Shown: positions 1-13,700 of the stretch, in pieces
Numbering within the stretch: position 1 is the first letter of the stretch
Layout: the number at the start of each line of letters is the position of its first letter
Assembly: GCA_009914755.4 (NCBI GenBank)
Contig: CP068257.2
Coordinates: 33,952,001 to 34,016,000 of the forward strand
DNA: 64,000 nt
Direction of reading: 5' to 3'
Source: the human T2T-CHM13v2.0 reference genome, Homo sapiens
Position numbers and translations under genes: made by a program
The notes under the pieces: model-generated
Database searches by the model: none
Told to the model about the DNA's origin: nothing
What the model saw: the letters and a program-made list of their open reading frames with translations, nothing else

Positions 1-4
1 TAAA

Positions 5-452
5 TTGTGTCTCCCACCCCAAAAATGTGTATGTTGAAGTCCTAACCTTCAGTACTCAGAATGTGACATTATTTGGAAATAGGGTCATTGCAGATGGAGT
101 TAGTTAAGATGAGGTCATTAGGATGAGTCCCTAATCCAATATGACCGGTGCTCTTACAAAAAGGGGAAGTTTGGACACAGAGCCATGCACATGGGTGGGA
201 AGAATCCCAAATGAACGGATAGGCAGAGGGTTGGAGAGATGCATGAACAAGGAACACCAAAGATTGCCAGCAACCCCCAGAAGCTGGGGGAGAGGCCTGG
301 AACAGATTCTCCCTCACAGCCTGAGAGGAACCAAGCTGGTTGACACCTTGATCTCAGGTTACCGGCCTTGAGAACTGAGAGACCCTGGGTTTCTGTTGTT
401 TAAGCCTCTCAGGGTGCAGCACTTTATTATGGAAGCCTGAGCTGACTAATAC
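5..452 (+). mobile_element. ERVL-MaLR-type solo LTR (MLT/MST-like), possibly truncated by the window start
   Basis: Begins 'tgtgtctcccaccccaaaaatgtgtatgttgaagtcctaacc' and ends 'ttctgttgtttaagcc...gctgactaatacag'. It carries the typical 'ccaatatgac.ggtg' and 'caccttgatct' landmarks of MaLR LTRs. The family is assigned from memory of consensus sequences. Confidence 0.5.
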
Positions 453-872
453 AGGTGTCTTTATATCTCACTGAGGGAAAGTGACAGGAAAGTAAGAACC
501 ATTTATGTCCAAGAGTCCAGAGGAGTCAACCAGATTCTGGGGGAAAAGAAGGTACAATGCTGGCCTCTCCATGCAGCCTAGTCCCCAACACTTGTAGGGC
601 CCAGGGCAAGATCTAAAGCACTCTCTCACCTATGCATCTATATGCTGTGACTCAGATAAACAAACTATTAAATAATATGTGTGTCTTGTCTCTCAATCTG
701 ACAATTACACCTTTATAATAGCAACATAGGAAAATAACTAAAACTATGGTTTTTAGGCAACCAAATACCAGCAAAATGTAATAATTCCTATTATTAGATA
801 TGTTTAAGTGTTCTGCTGGTGGGTCAGCATCTTCGGTAGAGTCATAAAATTAAAAGGTACATAATTAATTAA

Positions 873-1250
<378 letters not shown>

Positions 1251-2391
1251 TAAAGTGCATTGCATTGACTGTAATACCACCTGAGACAAGACAGTTTTTT
1301 TACTAATTTTAATTTCAAAGAAACACTTTGTTCAGGCAGTAGTGAGCAGAATTATCAGTAACAGTTTTAAAGTAGTACTTAAATTTGGAAACAACACATT
1401 AATTTTACATATCATCTTCAAATTGAAAATATTACAAAATATTTTAACTTCATCCTATAGATTGCTATTACTTATATTTCTGTTTTCACCATTTCTTAAA
1501 GCAACATCTAAGTAATACATAAATCTCTAGGGATATGTGAAAAATCATTTTCATGCTTTATATATGTTACATCAAACCCACCTATACACAAATTCAAGAA
1601 TAATAGCAATTGTGTAGTGTTACAAAATATTTCTCAGGTAACATGAGCTCACCTATTGAGAACACCAAGCTAATTCACTGGTTCATGAGCACCCTTCCAA
1701 ACCACAAATTGGAACACAAAGAGAAGCAAGAAGATGGATGTTTGGAACTATTGGAAAATGATAATTCATACTGCAAGAATATACTGCCACCTTATCTGCA
1801 AGACAGGACAAGTTCATTAATTTATTCTTTCTCTTACTTCTCCTAAGCTGTATCCATCTCCAAGAACAAAAGTAGCTAATACTATTGACGGATCAACTAT
1901 AATATACTTGGGACATACTTATACTAAAAATATTATTCATCGTTGATCTGAAATTTCAATTTAATTGGGTATCCCTTGTTTTTATTTGTCAATAATAGAC
2001 CCACAGTCTTTCATGGCATTTGGACTGTTATCTTTTGCTTTGAGGAGCAGAAGACAGAGGTGGAGAAGCATTTCCCTGAATGGTGTTAGTCGCTATAGTG
2101 GATATTTTAACATCTCAAGGTGCCTTTGCCTGTGCCCAATGCTGGGTCCCTGAAGTCAGAAGTGCTCATCTGTTCTTTAAGGCAGGGTCACTTTCTGCCA
2201 CCACAGGGAGCAGTCATTATGCATACTCCTGTTGCCAGCTGTCAGTAAACCAATGCCATTCTCTTTTCTTTTATTATTTCATTCATACATATCCATTGTG
2301 TACACACCATGAGCCAAGCACTTTGGAAGGCACTTCTGGTGAGAAGGAAGAAGTCAGGACACCACAGATATGAGTGAGAAGGAGGCTACCG

Positions 2392-2695
<304 letters not shown>

Positions 2696-5536
2696 CCACA
2701 CAATTGTTGACAGTCTATCATAGAGAGTAAGGACATCAGCCAAAGGTGGTCTGCAGAGATCAGACAGGGGTCATCTCAAAAGGGAACAGCCTTAATTTCA
2801 CCTTAGATGTAGATGCGTTTGACAGAAAAACAGGAAAACAAAAGACCGTGAATGTCCCATTGGAAGACATACTAGGAAACTGTCATGGGGCAAAATTCAT
2901 ACGTCTTAGAGATAAAAGTTGGTAAAGCACAATTGAAGCTATTTCTTATTAAAGCACAACTGAAGTTATTTCTTCTTTTCTTCAGTAATAGAAAAGTTGG
3001 ACATTTTTCTTTAAAGAAATCAAATGCAATTATCCTGTACAGACTCAGTAACTCTAGCCAAGGATCAGGTTAGTCGCTTTCATGGAGCGGGAGTTTCGGC
3101 AGCTCTATTGTTCTAGCATTAGTAATGCATGAGACCTACCCCTGAACACTTCCAGTTAGGGAAGCTCTGCAGAGATCTTGCACTGTGCCACGGATGGCCT
3201 CGTGCTTTTGGCAATAAAGCTGGAAATGCAAAACACGTTTTGTGGTTCAAATAATCTCCAGGAGACAGTTTCCTGGAAGTTTTAAATCCTATTTCTCATA
3301 TCACCTCCATCTAAATTGATGATTTCTATGACCTTTTCATCTAATTACACTAGTATGTTGTAGCTATTTTTATTAAATGGTTCCATTACATAAGCCATTA
3401 TGTGCTAGCTCCTTCTTGTTGCTAACCTCATGAGCCCACCCCATTACTTCTCTTCACTTTCACATCAAGGATAGCATTCCTCAAGATGAAATTTGTTATG
3501 TTATCTAAGATCTATCTAAGATTTTCACAAATCACTTCACTAACACTTAAATATCAGAGACAGACACCCAGAATTCTACCAAAATCGTTGTGTACCCTCA
3601 CATGAAGTGGTGTATAGACTGGTTGACAAGACAAGGAAAAAATGGAAAGCACTAAAAAGCAGGAAGAAAAAACACAACACTCCAGAGAAGACATTAGGAA
3701 AATTTTTAAATGGGTAAAAACTGGGAAAAGGATGGAGAGTGGCTGGAGAATGCCCTCTCGTGCCAACAGTCATTAAAAGACACAGCAGAAGACGCCATCA
3801 TGGGCAGCACAAATCAGCCCCCATCCCGCTTTTGAATCATAGAGAAGTTTGCAATGTCAAACAATATCCTTCTAATATGTTATGAGAATTCTATCAGACC
3901 CTAGCTAAAGGTAGAAATGAACAGATATTTATGAGAACAGCATCAGGGAGAGAACGTGGAGAACTGCATCACTACGTAGTTGTACAAGTGAATTGTGTAA
4001 TACAATGATTAGAGTATTCCTTTCCGCTAGTTTCTACCCCACCATATTTATTGTATCTGAGTTCTAAACTATTTTTATTTTATTCCCTCCTGTCCAATAC
4101 TTGGCATTCACCTAAGCAGTCAGGAACATCTGCTGTATTTGTGACAACTATTCAGAAGGTATAAAACAAAGTTATATGCAGCATGTAGCAGTGACATTTG
4201 ATTGCAAGGGAGAGAATCCAACTAGAAATGTTGACTCACTGTGTTACCAAGCATCGTGAAAAGAGGCTGACGTTAGCCGGCGGTAGGCCAGTAATAATAT
4301 GCTTACACCATATTAATTGCAGATAAACCAAATTGCATTGCTAATTTCATTTGCATTTGCATTATCATTGTGTTTTAATTACTAGAGTTAGGCCACCAAA
4401 GACTAATATCCAAATCTGACAGCACCAATTCCCTGGATACATTTTGTGGTTGCTGAATGATTATTGTTCAACAGTTTGCTGCTTTTGACAAACGCAAAGC
4501 AACATAGGCTTCCCAGCCCTGAAAGAATGAAGGAATCAATGAAAGAATATCAGGCGTGGACTGATGCAGAGTTCCATTCTGGCTCCAGGCATACGGTCCT
4601 TGCTCAAAGATAAAACAGGCATGTTTCCCAGGACCTTCCCTGTTAATGTGTGCTGCTTGAAAAGAGGTCAGGGTCAACTAGGTATGGGAAATACCAGGCT
4701 AAACAAACATGGGCCTTATTGCAGACCTTCTTAGAGCCTTTAATATGTTATTGTACATTGTGACTCTCAGAGAGGGAATAGAGTTTGCAGTGTTCCCTAA
4801 CACTTACTTGACCATCTAGTCCTTTTTCTCACTGCAAATCTTCTGGATTTCCCAGGAATGCGCTTTTGAAAAAGCTGAATTTGCATAATATAACTGTAAC
4901 CAGAACCATGGGCATTCCATAAAAGTAAACATAAGTTATATGCTAGAAACATTCTACTGTACTTAACAGAAACTCACAGTCACCAGTCCACAATATCCAG
5001 ATAACCCTCCTGTCTACATTGTGAGTCTAATGTTCCCAGGATTTCTGCAAATTACTGGGGACTTTCATTCTCCTGGACACTTCTGGCCAAAAGCCCCAGG
5101 TTCCAGTGAGCTAGGAATCTATGGAACATCTCTTCTTCCAGTGCACACTATCTCCTTCCAACCCATGTTAAGCCAAGTATGCAATCCTCCTCCATTCCCA
5201 GACTTCCACGAAAACCGAGCAACTAAATAAACAAATCCTTTCATGAGGCTTGCTCAATTCTGCAGAGCATTTGGAGGTTATACTGCAGCAATGCAAGCAA
5301 CCTGAAATTGTGTATCAGACACACTTGTGCTCTCTTCTTTCAACGCTTTATTGAAATATAATTTATGTATCATAAAATTCACCTGTCTAAAGTAGACAAC
5401 TGAGTGGTTGTTAGTATATTTACAACGTTGAAACACTCCTGTTCTTAACTTCCTCTATAATTTCTGACTGATTATAGGCTCCAGTTTTCTTCCTCTCTTT
5501 CTCTGTATCTCTGTAACCCTCAAATTCAATTTCTTT

Positions 5537-5922
5537 TTTTTTTTAATTTCCATAGGTTTTTGGGGAACAGGTGGTGATTGGTTACCTGAGTAAGTTCTTT
5601 AGTGGTGATTTGTGAGATTTGGTGCACCCATCACCGAGTATATATATGCCTTTGCACCCTCAAAGGCATGTATATACACACACGTGTGTATACACACATA
5701 TACACGTATGTGTATATATATAATGACAATAAGGCAAACAATTGACACTATTTGAGAAGCAAGGTTAACAAAGACACGCACATGCACACACACACATATA
5801 TGCCTTTGAGAGTGCAAAGGCATAAGAATGACACAATGAATGGACTTGGGGGAAAGGGTGAGAGGGGAGTGAGGGATAACAGACTACACATTGACTATAT
5901 ACATATATCTATATGACTACTA
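5537..5922 (-). mobile_element. Old LINE-1 3'-end insertion with inverted 5' segment (twin-priming structure), bounded by 18 bp TSDs at 5519-5536 and 5923-5940
   Basis: Perfect 18 bp direct repeat 'ctcaaattcaatttcttt' on both sides. Poly-T lies at the left edge, followed by antisense L1 3'-terminal sequence ('ggtttttggggaacaggtggtg...ggtgcacccatcacc'). At 5800-5915 the adjacent upstream L1 segment appears in the opposite (sense) orientation (revcomp 'gtagtctgttatccctcac...tcattcttatgcctttgca'). Both pieces end in the same 'tatgcctttgca.cctcaaaggcat' motif at the inversion junction. Confidence 0.55.
5669..5800. repeat. TG/CA- and TA-rich microsatellite-like junction filler inside the L1 insertion, containing a 55 bp segment duplicated at 7243-7298
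   Basis: 'gtatatacacacacgtgtgtatacacacatatacacgtatgtgtatatatat' and 'cacatgcacacacacacatatat' flank 'aatgacaataaggcaaacaattgacactatttgagaagcaaggttaacaaagacacg'. That 55 bp segment recurs ~1.5 kb downstream with about 3 mismatches. Confidence 0.7.
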
Positions 5923-8900
5923 CTCAAATTCAATTTCTTTCTTTTGCAACCCTTTGGCTTTCTTGTCTGCAGCCAAACCCACGCCCTTTGAATCCCATCT
6001 CAACTCCGAACATCTTGCCCGGGTAACTTTCTAAATAAAGACAGGGCTCTTCCTGAAAGACATTCAGATGTCAGACATTAAAATTAAAAAAACAAACAAG
6101 ACAAAAACAAAAATAAGAATAAGGACTTCCTCGCACTGGCCTCTCCCCTATGGAAGCCTCTCCATGACTTCAACCAAATCACTTCTGGCTTCTGCGTTGG
6201 CAGTCCAATGCCCTGCAGGGAGTCCCTGATTGCTGCTGCCCTTGCTCATCCTTGATGCAGGTGGTCATTTCACCCCTCCCTCCCTTTGTGAGTGTCTTTA
6301 CATAGTGCTCCTGACCAGAATGCAGCAATATAGCTGCTTCTCACTGCCTGCCACTGCTCAGTGCATCCCTTCTACCTAGTTATGTCCTTCAGATCAAGTT
6401 TCCATAAGACCACAACAGAAAGCCTGGTTCAGACTCCACAGTGACATCATTCCGGCCTCTATTCCAACATGCAGGGAAGATGCCATCCATCATTCAAGCA
6501 TGAGTAACCAATTCCATAGAGGAGGCAAGTTCAGTGTTTCTGTTTGGTTAAAGCCACGGCCATCTCAACAGCCATGGCCCAAACATTTTTAAACAAAGTA
6601 GGGAAGGAGGAAAAGAAATCAGAGGAGAAATAGTAATGGGATTCAGGATGCTGCACAATGGGCTTTGGACAGGCCAGGTCAGATGTGGGGTGGAGGTAAG
6701 AGGAGAGCCTCAAACCTCTTCAACAGCCACAGAAGCTAAAGAAAGCACAGGAAGACCTATCCTTCAGCCCCCTCCCTAGGGATTTCCACTGGTGGTGAGT
6801 AAACAGCTCAATTACAAGATGTAATTATGAGTTCACTGTTCAGGAGACACCTAGAATTCTTTCCAGAAAGGCAACTCCGCCAAGATTTTACCCCCATGTT
6901 ATTACCACCATCATACTAAGCTATCCACATTTGCATTTGACCCACAGGCTCCCTGTATTCTGTGTGTGTTCAATTCCTGCATGTTCTGCAGAGGCCATCT
7001 AAAACTAGGTTTTATTCACTTCCCACCTTGCAGCATTTGGTTTAAGGAACTTCAGCTTTCTTGTAGTTTCATCACAAATCTTCGTGGTTTAGATCCTAGG
7101 AAAATCTCCCTTCAGCACTAAGATCAAATAGGTAGAAGCTGTCGACATGCAGTAAAGCGGCATTGAGAGGAAGCCAAGGTGGTGTGAAGGAGTTCCTGGT
7201 AAGTCCACAGTGTATGTACATCATGGCCTTACTTCTCAGAAAATGACAATAAGGCAAATAATTGACACTATTTGAGAAGCAAAGTTAACCAAGACACGGG
7301 AGTTGGAAAGGCGCCTGCACGGATACTGCTGGCCCCCCACAATAATTCCATATTTGACGGGCACACGGCAGTCCAGAAAACAAGCACATTTTCTTCTTTG
7401 CAGCTGGGTGGCTGATTTGCAAATGGGCCTTTATATCTCCAAATAATGAAATAAACATGTGTTTGGATTTTAAGGTGATGCCATACTGTTATAAAACATT
7501 CTAAGTGCTTGACTCTCAATTTCTGAGCTTATCTTGGAGCAGATGGTCCCATAGAATGTGAAGGGAAGAAATGTATAAAACTTACAAGTCATGCCCCAAA
7601 AGGGGAGCCCATGTTCTTCTCCCTTGCTCCATGTTCTCCCTTGCTCCTTCACACTCCCCTTCTTGTTGACTAGAAAGCAGCTTGGCCATGAGCCACTGTG
7701 GACCACGCAAGTGTGACCAACATGCTAGGATGATGGACAAACAAGACAGAAGGATCTTGGGCTCCACTGACTTCACTGAGCAAATCTGCCATACCAGCTT
7801 GACCTTTTGCACTTCTATCTGGTTTGGGAGACTGTTACACTGGTCACAAGGGCAAACCTATATTCTTAGCAATATGTGAACTCTGGATCAAACTATTTCA
7901 GGGGGTATCTGTACAGACATGGATGTCTGAGCATACACACCAGCACTAAAAGTATATCAAAGTCCAAACTGACTCTATGTCTCAACATTTGGGCAACACA
8001 CTTTTGAAATCCTGATTGGTTTGGTACCTTAGTAAAAACAGAGTGAGAAATTGACTGTCTTTCTCTCAATGTGGGGACAGGCCAATGTCTGCCCTGAGCT
8101 CTGCCAGCCATTTCACAAAGATACACCTCAGTCATAAAAACATATGTGATTATATGTATCCTAGAAAACAATGTTCAGTAATAAAGTGGCATAAAGGAGC
8201 ATATGTTTTTTAGGGATTTAGAAGGAATTTCATAATAATGCTTATATAAAATAGTGAAGCAAATTTAGAGAAAACAGCACCTTTGCAAATGTTTCCACCA
8301 CTGGCACACTGACCATTGACAAGATTCAAAAATGTGTTAGATTCAGACTGGACAAACATTGAAGTTAATTTAAAAGCATTTTTTGTTTTTGGTATTTCAA
8401 AACAGTGAGCTGTTTTAAAAAAAGTCTTTAAAAAAGAACCCTATTACATCGACAATTTAATAAGCTCATTCGTTTACAACTGGTTTTTTTTTTAATCCCC
8501 AATGTGTTTTTTTTAAGTGATATCTCATTTATTTTAAGCCTGGAAGAGAGTTTTCTCTGCATTTGAGCAGTCCAGGATGGAGCTACTAAAAGAAAGGTCT
8601 GTGAACAGTGAGATCCAGGAACTATTTGTAACCAGTCTGCATCAATATAAGCACAGACACTGGAAGTTCAGTGCTTAGAAAGTTTTACAGCAATATAATA
8701 TCACCATGACATCCAAATGCATGACTGACTTTCTAATCATTAGTTTTCATCGTATTTTACCAAAGCATCAGTTCTCAACAGATTTGAATTTTTTTTAAAT
8801 GGCCCTTCACCAAGATAGCAATGGTCTAGTAACCAACTTGCAGATATAAAGACCCATTTACAAATTTGCCTGCAGCTTTCTATGCCTCCAATCACACACA

Positions 8901-9904
8901 ATTGACATCAAAACTTCTTACATACACAAGCACATTGCACGAGCTAGTGCCCACAACAAAAACAAAGCGAGAACTTATTCACATCTTATTGCCACCTGAC
9001 CATACAGCAAGACTGTTTCAACAGACACATTTGCAAATCATAGTTTTATAATAACATAAGAATTGGGCAGTAATTATTTTTATAAGAGAAAACAACTTGT
9101 ATTTGTGTGTGTGCATGAGTATGAGTATGTGTCTCCATCATACAAACAATAATTGCCCCCATGTCTTCTCCATTTTGTCTTCAATTCTGGTTCTTAGGAT
9201 TTTCTCCAGGTGTTAGTAGTTACACCTCTGGAAAGGGTCTTTTGTTAATACCAAAAGCATTTTGACTTATTTCTTTGGGAAAAAAAAAAAAAACAACAGA
9301 AATGAAAGCAAGCCCTCTTTTAAACTGGAAAGCTTTATTTTGCCCCTGGAGAAAAGCAGCCTGGTTAAATGTCTGAACTTATTGTTATTATTATTTTATT
9401 GAGCAATAAACTAAAGTGTGATTGAGCCACCAGTGACTCGGATATATTGTTAAGCTTGGAATCACATGGTTGAATGACTAGCTGGCCCAGAACGTGGGCG
9501 ATTCAAATGATTCAGAAGACAAATGAGGCAGGAGCAAGAATGTCTCACACCAATACAAACCCAATTAACGTCAACAAAATCCTGCAAAATTTATTGTTGC
9601 TTGGCCTCTGAAAATGGTGGAACCAACTCTTTTCCTGTGCCTGCAGGGCAAATTCATTAGATGGAAAACGGCATTTTGTTAACCATGAAGTTCAGTAACA
9701 TAAACAAGTCAGTGCCATGGTCCTTGAGACACCTGCAGAGGGTCAACCGCAAAGAAGGGAAGGAAGAGAGAGATGCTGATCTTGCTCTACAATGCCCATG
9801 AGTAGTGACACAGTAGGTGTTTCATAAATAATGTCTTTTTAAAGTCACAGTCCAGGATAAAAATGATATATCTGATTGTCATTCAGTTCGTTAAATAACG
9901 ATCA

Positions 9905-9950
9905 TATATAAAAAGAGAAAGAGAGAGAAGAGAGAGGAAGGGAGGAAAAA
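9905..9950. repeat. GA-rich simple repeat
   Basis: 'agagaaagagagagaagagagaggaagggaggaaaaagag'. Confidence 0.7.
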
Positions 9951-10014
9951 GAGATTGATATTTTGCCTGCAAGTTCACCAAAGGCTACCATGTTGGTTTG
10001 TGCTTGTTTTTTTG

Positions 10015-10131
10015 TTTCAGTTTCTTAAGTAAGAGTGATTCACTTGTGCTGATTCAACTTGAACCATGTTTACATCAGATGCTCTTATGCCCACAATTGA
10101 CAAATCTAAGAGTGGTCATGAAACAAAACGG
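10015..10131 (+). repeat. Local low-copy direct repeat, copy A (~120 bp). Copy B lies at 10673-10795.
   Basis: 'tttcagtttcttaagtaagagtgattcacttgtgctgattcaacttgaaccatgtttacatcagatgctcttatgcccacaattgacaaatctaagagtggtcatgaaacaaaacgga' recurs 658 bp downstream at about 88% identity. Confidence 0.75.
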
Positions 10132-10672
10132 ACCTCACTGGCCCCAAAGTCATCGAATCTACAATTTTGACCTTTAGGCTATGTGCCCACAGAACTGGAC
10201 GACACTGCTGAATTCATGTAACCCTAAGCGCTGTGAAACGCTCCATCACTGTGCTATTTGACAGCAAGGATGGCGCCACTTCTGAGATAACTCATGCCGC
10301 AGAGCTCAACAACATACCCCTTGTTCAAAGTAGAGATGATGGGCGTTGAAAGGGCCATGACACAGAGGTCTTTTGTGTGATCAGACTTACTCTGTGTGGG
10401 GTAATAGGAGTGTCGTCTGAAGAGTGGTTTGGCTGGATAAGACCACGAAAAAAAAAAAGTACCAAACAATCAAAAAGCTTAATCATGGATTATCAAGAAG
10501 ACCATTTTCCCACCCACATTTGATTCTGAATTCAATCAAACCCTTAATGACTCATATGAGGATTTCAGGGTGTTCTATCAAAAATCTGCTGAAATAGACC
10601 CAAAACACAGCAAAATATTAAGGTGAAATATTATCAGTACCAGAAAAAGTATCTCCAATACTTTTTCTCAGT

Positions 10673-10795
10673 TTTCAGTTTCTTATGATTATGATGATGA
10701 TTCATTTCTGCTGATTCAACTTGAACCATATTCATATCAGATGCTCTTATGCACACAGTTAACAAATCTAAGAGTGATCATGAAACAAAACGGAA
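10673..10795 (+). repeat. Local low-copy direct repeat, copy B, itself flanked by 22 bp direct repeats 'agtatctcca[a/g]tactttttctc' at 10649-10670 and 10811-10832
   Basis: Direct sequence comparison with copy A. Each 22 bp flank contains a small palindrome ('aagtat...atactt'). Confidence 0.75.
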
Positions 10796-13700
10796 TTCAG
10801 AAAGCAGGAAAGTATCTCCAGTACTTTTTCTCTTATAAAGAACATACCATTTGTTGGGTAAGCTACTGATGCTAGATGCAGCCCACTATGGAAGCAGGAA
10901 AAGAATCTACTTAGTCACTGAATCAACACTTACCATGTGCCTGGCATGGTGCAAGGCTCATGCAGCAGAATTTATTTCTTCATGCTTTTATTTTGTTTCC
11001 ATCTTTAATAGTGATCAGAGCTATGAAGAAGATCTTGGAGGGTAATGAAACAGAATCACAGAAGGGAATTTTGTTTCATTCAGAACTGGGAACAGCCTAT
11101 TTGAGGGAGGGCAGTCACGTGAGATTTAAAAGATAGTGTTTGAGCTCCTGTGACTCCCAGTGTCTTTTAACTTTGTATTTTTACTGAGACCCACAAAAGA
11201 AATTCATAGGTGACTGCTGGTCCTGGATTTTTAGGGACAACCAAGATTGACATGTGATTAATTTTCTGAAGACAACTAGATTCTGGCCATGACAAGGGGC
11301 TTCTGGGATGAAAAGCTAGGACCACAGAGGGCCAGGGGGGGAAGTGGGAATGAGACCAAAAACACCAATAGAACCAAGAATCAGTGAGGACAGAGCAAGG
11401 GAGAAAGGAGGGTCAGAGAGCAGGCAACATGGCCTCCAAGAAGTTCAGGTGCAGAATGAAGGACATCGGGGGAATATCTGTCCATTAACCTGCCTGGAGC
11501 CCTCTTCGTATTCTCCTAGACACCCGAAACTATTCTGCAGCGTTTTTCTTTGCTGATTTAGACGTTACAAAAAATGTAGTTTCACTGCTGATTTTTCTCC
11601 AGACCATTTGTGCATTCTTGCTCTGAACACCCCAATCCATAATCATTGTCAGCTGAGACCAAACTAGCTGCTAAACTACTTACCAATGTATTCAGTCTCC
11701 ACGGCATCGATCCCAGCAGAAATGCAAATCAGCTTTTCCAGGGCGAACCTCCCTCCTGAAGAAGTGAGTCTAGGCCAGCAACTGCCGCCTGGAGGAATCC
11801 TGAAGTGCCCCCCAGATGTGTAGGGTCTTGGTTGTCACACAGTGCATTTGACACATCACAGTCAGGGGTCCGTAATCTGCTGCCTCCAGCAGTAAGATAA
11901 TGATGTTGTAGTTTCTCTTCTCTTCCTCTTGCCCACTAGAATTTACTTGGATCCTAGCGAATAAAGATGGGAGAAGGGATATCAGTCCTGCCCATCACCT
12001 GCTAGCATCTACCACCATTTTGGGATAGCTGGGCTCTACAGCTGTGTAGACGACAAGGTGCATACCAGTGCCACATAAGCCATGTTTCAGGACCAACCAA
12101 TGGTCAGGGCACACAGTGTAAAGTGAGAGAGAGGAACCAAGGCTGGAGGGCTCAGGGCACATGCCCCAAAACTACAGACACTAAAGGGATTGGAGCCCTG
12201 TTAAATAAAGTGAACCCTCTTTTCCACAATTTATTTCTCTATCAGCCTTGGCAATTGTCCCCACGACAAGAAGGAGCCTAGCTGGGGCCACTCTGCAAAT
12301 TCATGAGGCAGGGGAGACATCCAAGCTGGGCATATGCATGATTATTACAGGAAGAGGAAAACATCTGAGCTATTTAGCATCTCACAGTTCAAATGGGGCG
12401 ATTGCTGAGACACTGGTGTGGAAGAGACAAATGGGGTGGGGAAATTTTTCTAATCTTAATAAAATCTTTTTGCTTTTTCCAGTAAGTAAAGGAGTGAGTG
12501 ATGACGTGTCTGACCCTTCTTTAATATCATCAACTGGAGCGAGAAAGACCTGAAAGAAAATATTTAGAAAAAGAGTGTTCATATTATGCCTTGCCTGTGC
12601 TATGCCTTAATAAATTCTCTCATTAGCAATAAGCCAATTCTATATAAACAATGTTTTCTCAGCAGGCAACAGCAAGTTCATAAGTACTCTTAACACTCAT
12701 TAAAGCTCACATGCTTCAAGAACATGCTTAGAAATATTGTGGGTTTCCTGGCTCTCGGCACATATTTCAATGGGGAATAAATGGGTGCATGGAATACAGT
12801 GAAGAGCAAGTTCCTTCAACAAGTTCTGTCTTTTCTTGCCACTGCTCAGTAACAAAGGAAGCAGTGAGCAAAACAATTATTTGGGCTTTAAATGGAAACA
12901 GGAAAAGACCAGACATCTAAAATTGGAGAAAATGTACATGTCAGAGGCTAATTCAGAATTTTTTAAATGACTTTTTTTGTTATTCTGGGAAGATGTTTTA
13001 AGTTTTTATTGTAAACAAATGTCACTTTTGAGGCAGATGGAAAAGTAATCTAAATTTAGAAAATGTGTCATTATTAATTGACCTTAGTTATCAGAGAAAG
13101 TTTTTTTCAAAGATCTGCTAACTTCAACTCCAAACTGGACACAACTGCCTCCTGTAACTTACTTCCTTTAACGCCTCAATCAACTACAGTAACTCGCATT
13201 TGAGATTGATTTTATTTGCCTTTAACCAAAACTTGTTAGAAACAGCCTGCACAATTATTTCTCTTTCCTCATCCTATTTCTTTTTGGTACTTCTGTGGGG
13301 AAATGTGACCAGTGTTTGCAAAACAACACAAGAAACACCTCTCAATTGTTTTCTGGCATTATTAACTTGTTATTGTTACCAGCAACTCTGCATCTCCACA
13401 ACTATCAATAGTTTATTGCTTGTTTCTTTACTTAGATTCATTGACATTAATAGGGTGAAATGTAATGACTTACGGTCAGCATTTTGGAATAATAAAAATG
13501 ATTAATTTGGAAGTTCTTTGCAATATTCTATACAGTTCAAAAGCCAACATCTAAAAATGTATACTGCATGGAGAGAAATAACAATTTAGTTTCAATTATA
13601 AATTAAATACATGTAAACTCCTTAAATCATTCTTATAATTGGCAACTATAAATCAGTTACCAGGATCTTTCAAGAATATTTAAAGCCATATAGTATAGAA

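Noticed and set aside
5640-5825. Apparent ~25 bp inverted repeat 'tatgcctttgcaccctcaaaggcat' / 'atgcctttgagagtgcaaaggcat' that looked like transposon TIRs or a regulatory palindrome
   Set aside because: Both arms are the same L1 motif ('tatgcctttgcatcctcatag') at the junction ends of the two oppositely oriented L1 pieces of a twin-primed insertion. The symmetry is a by-product of that mechanism.
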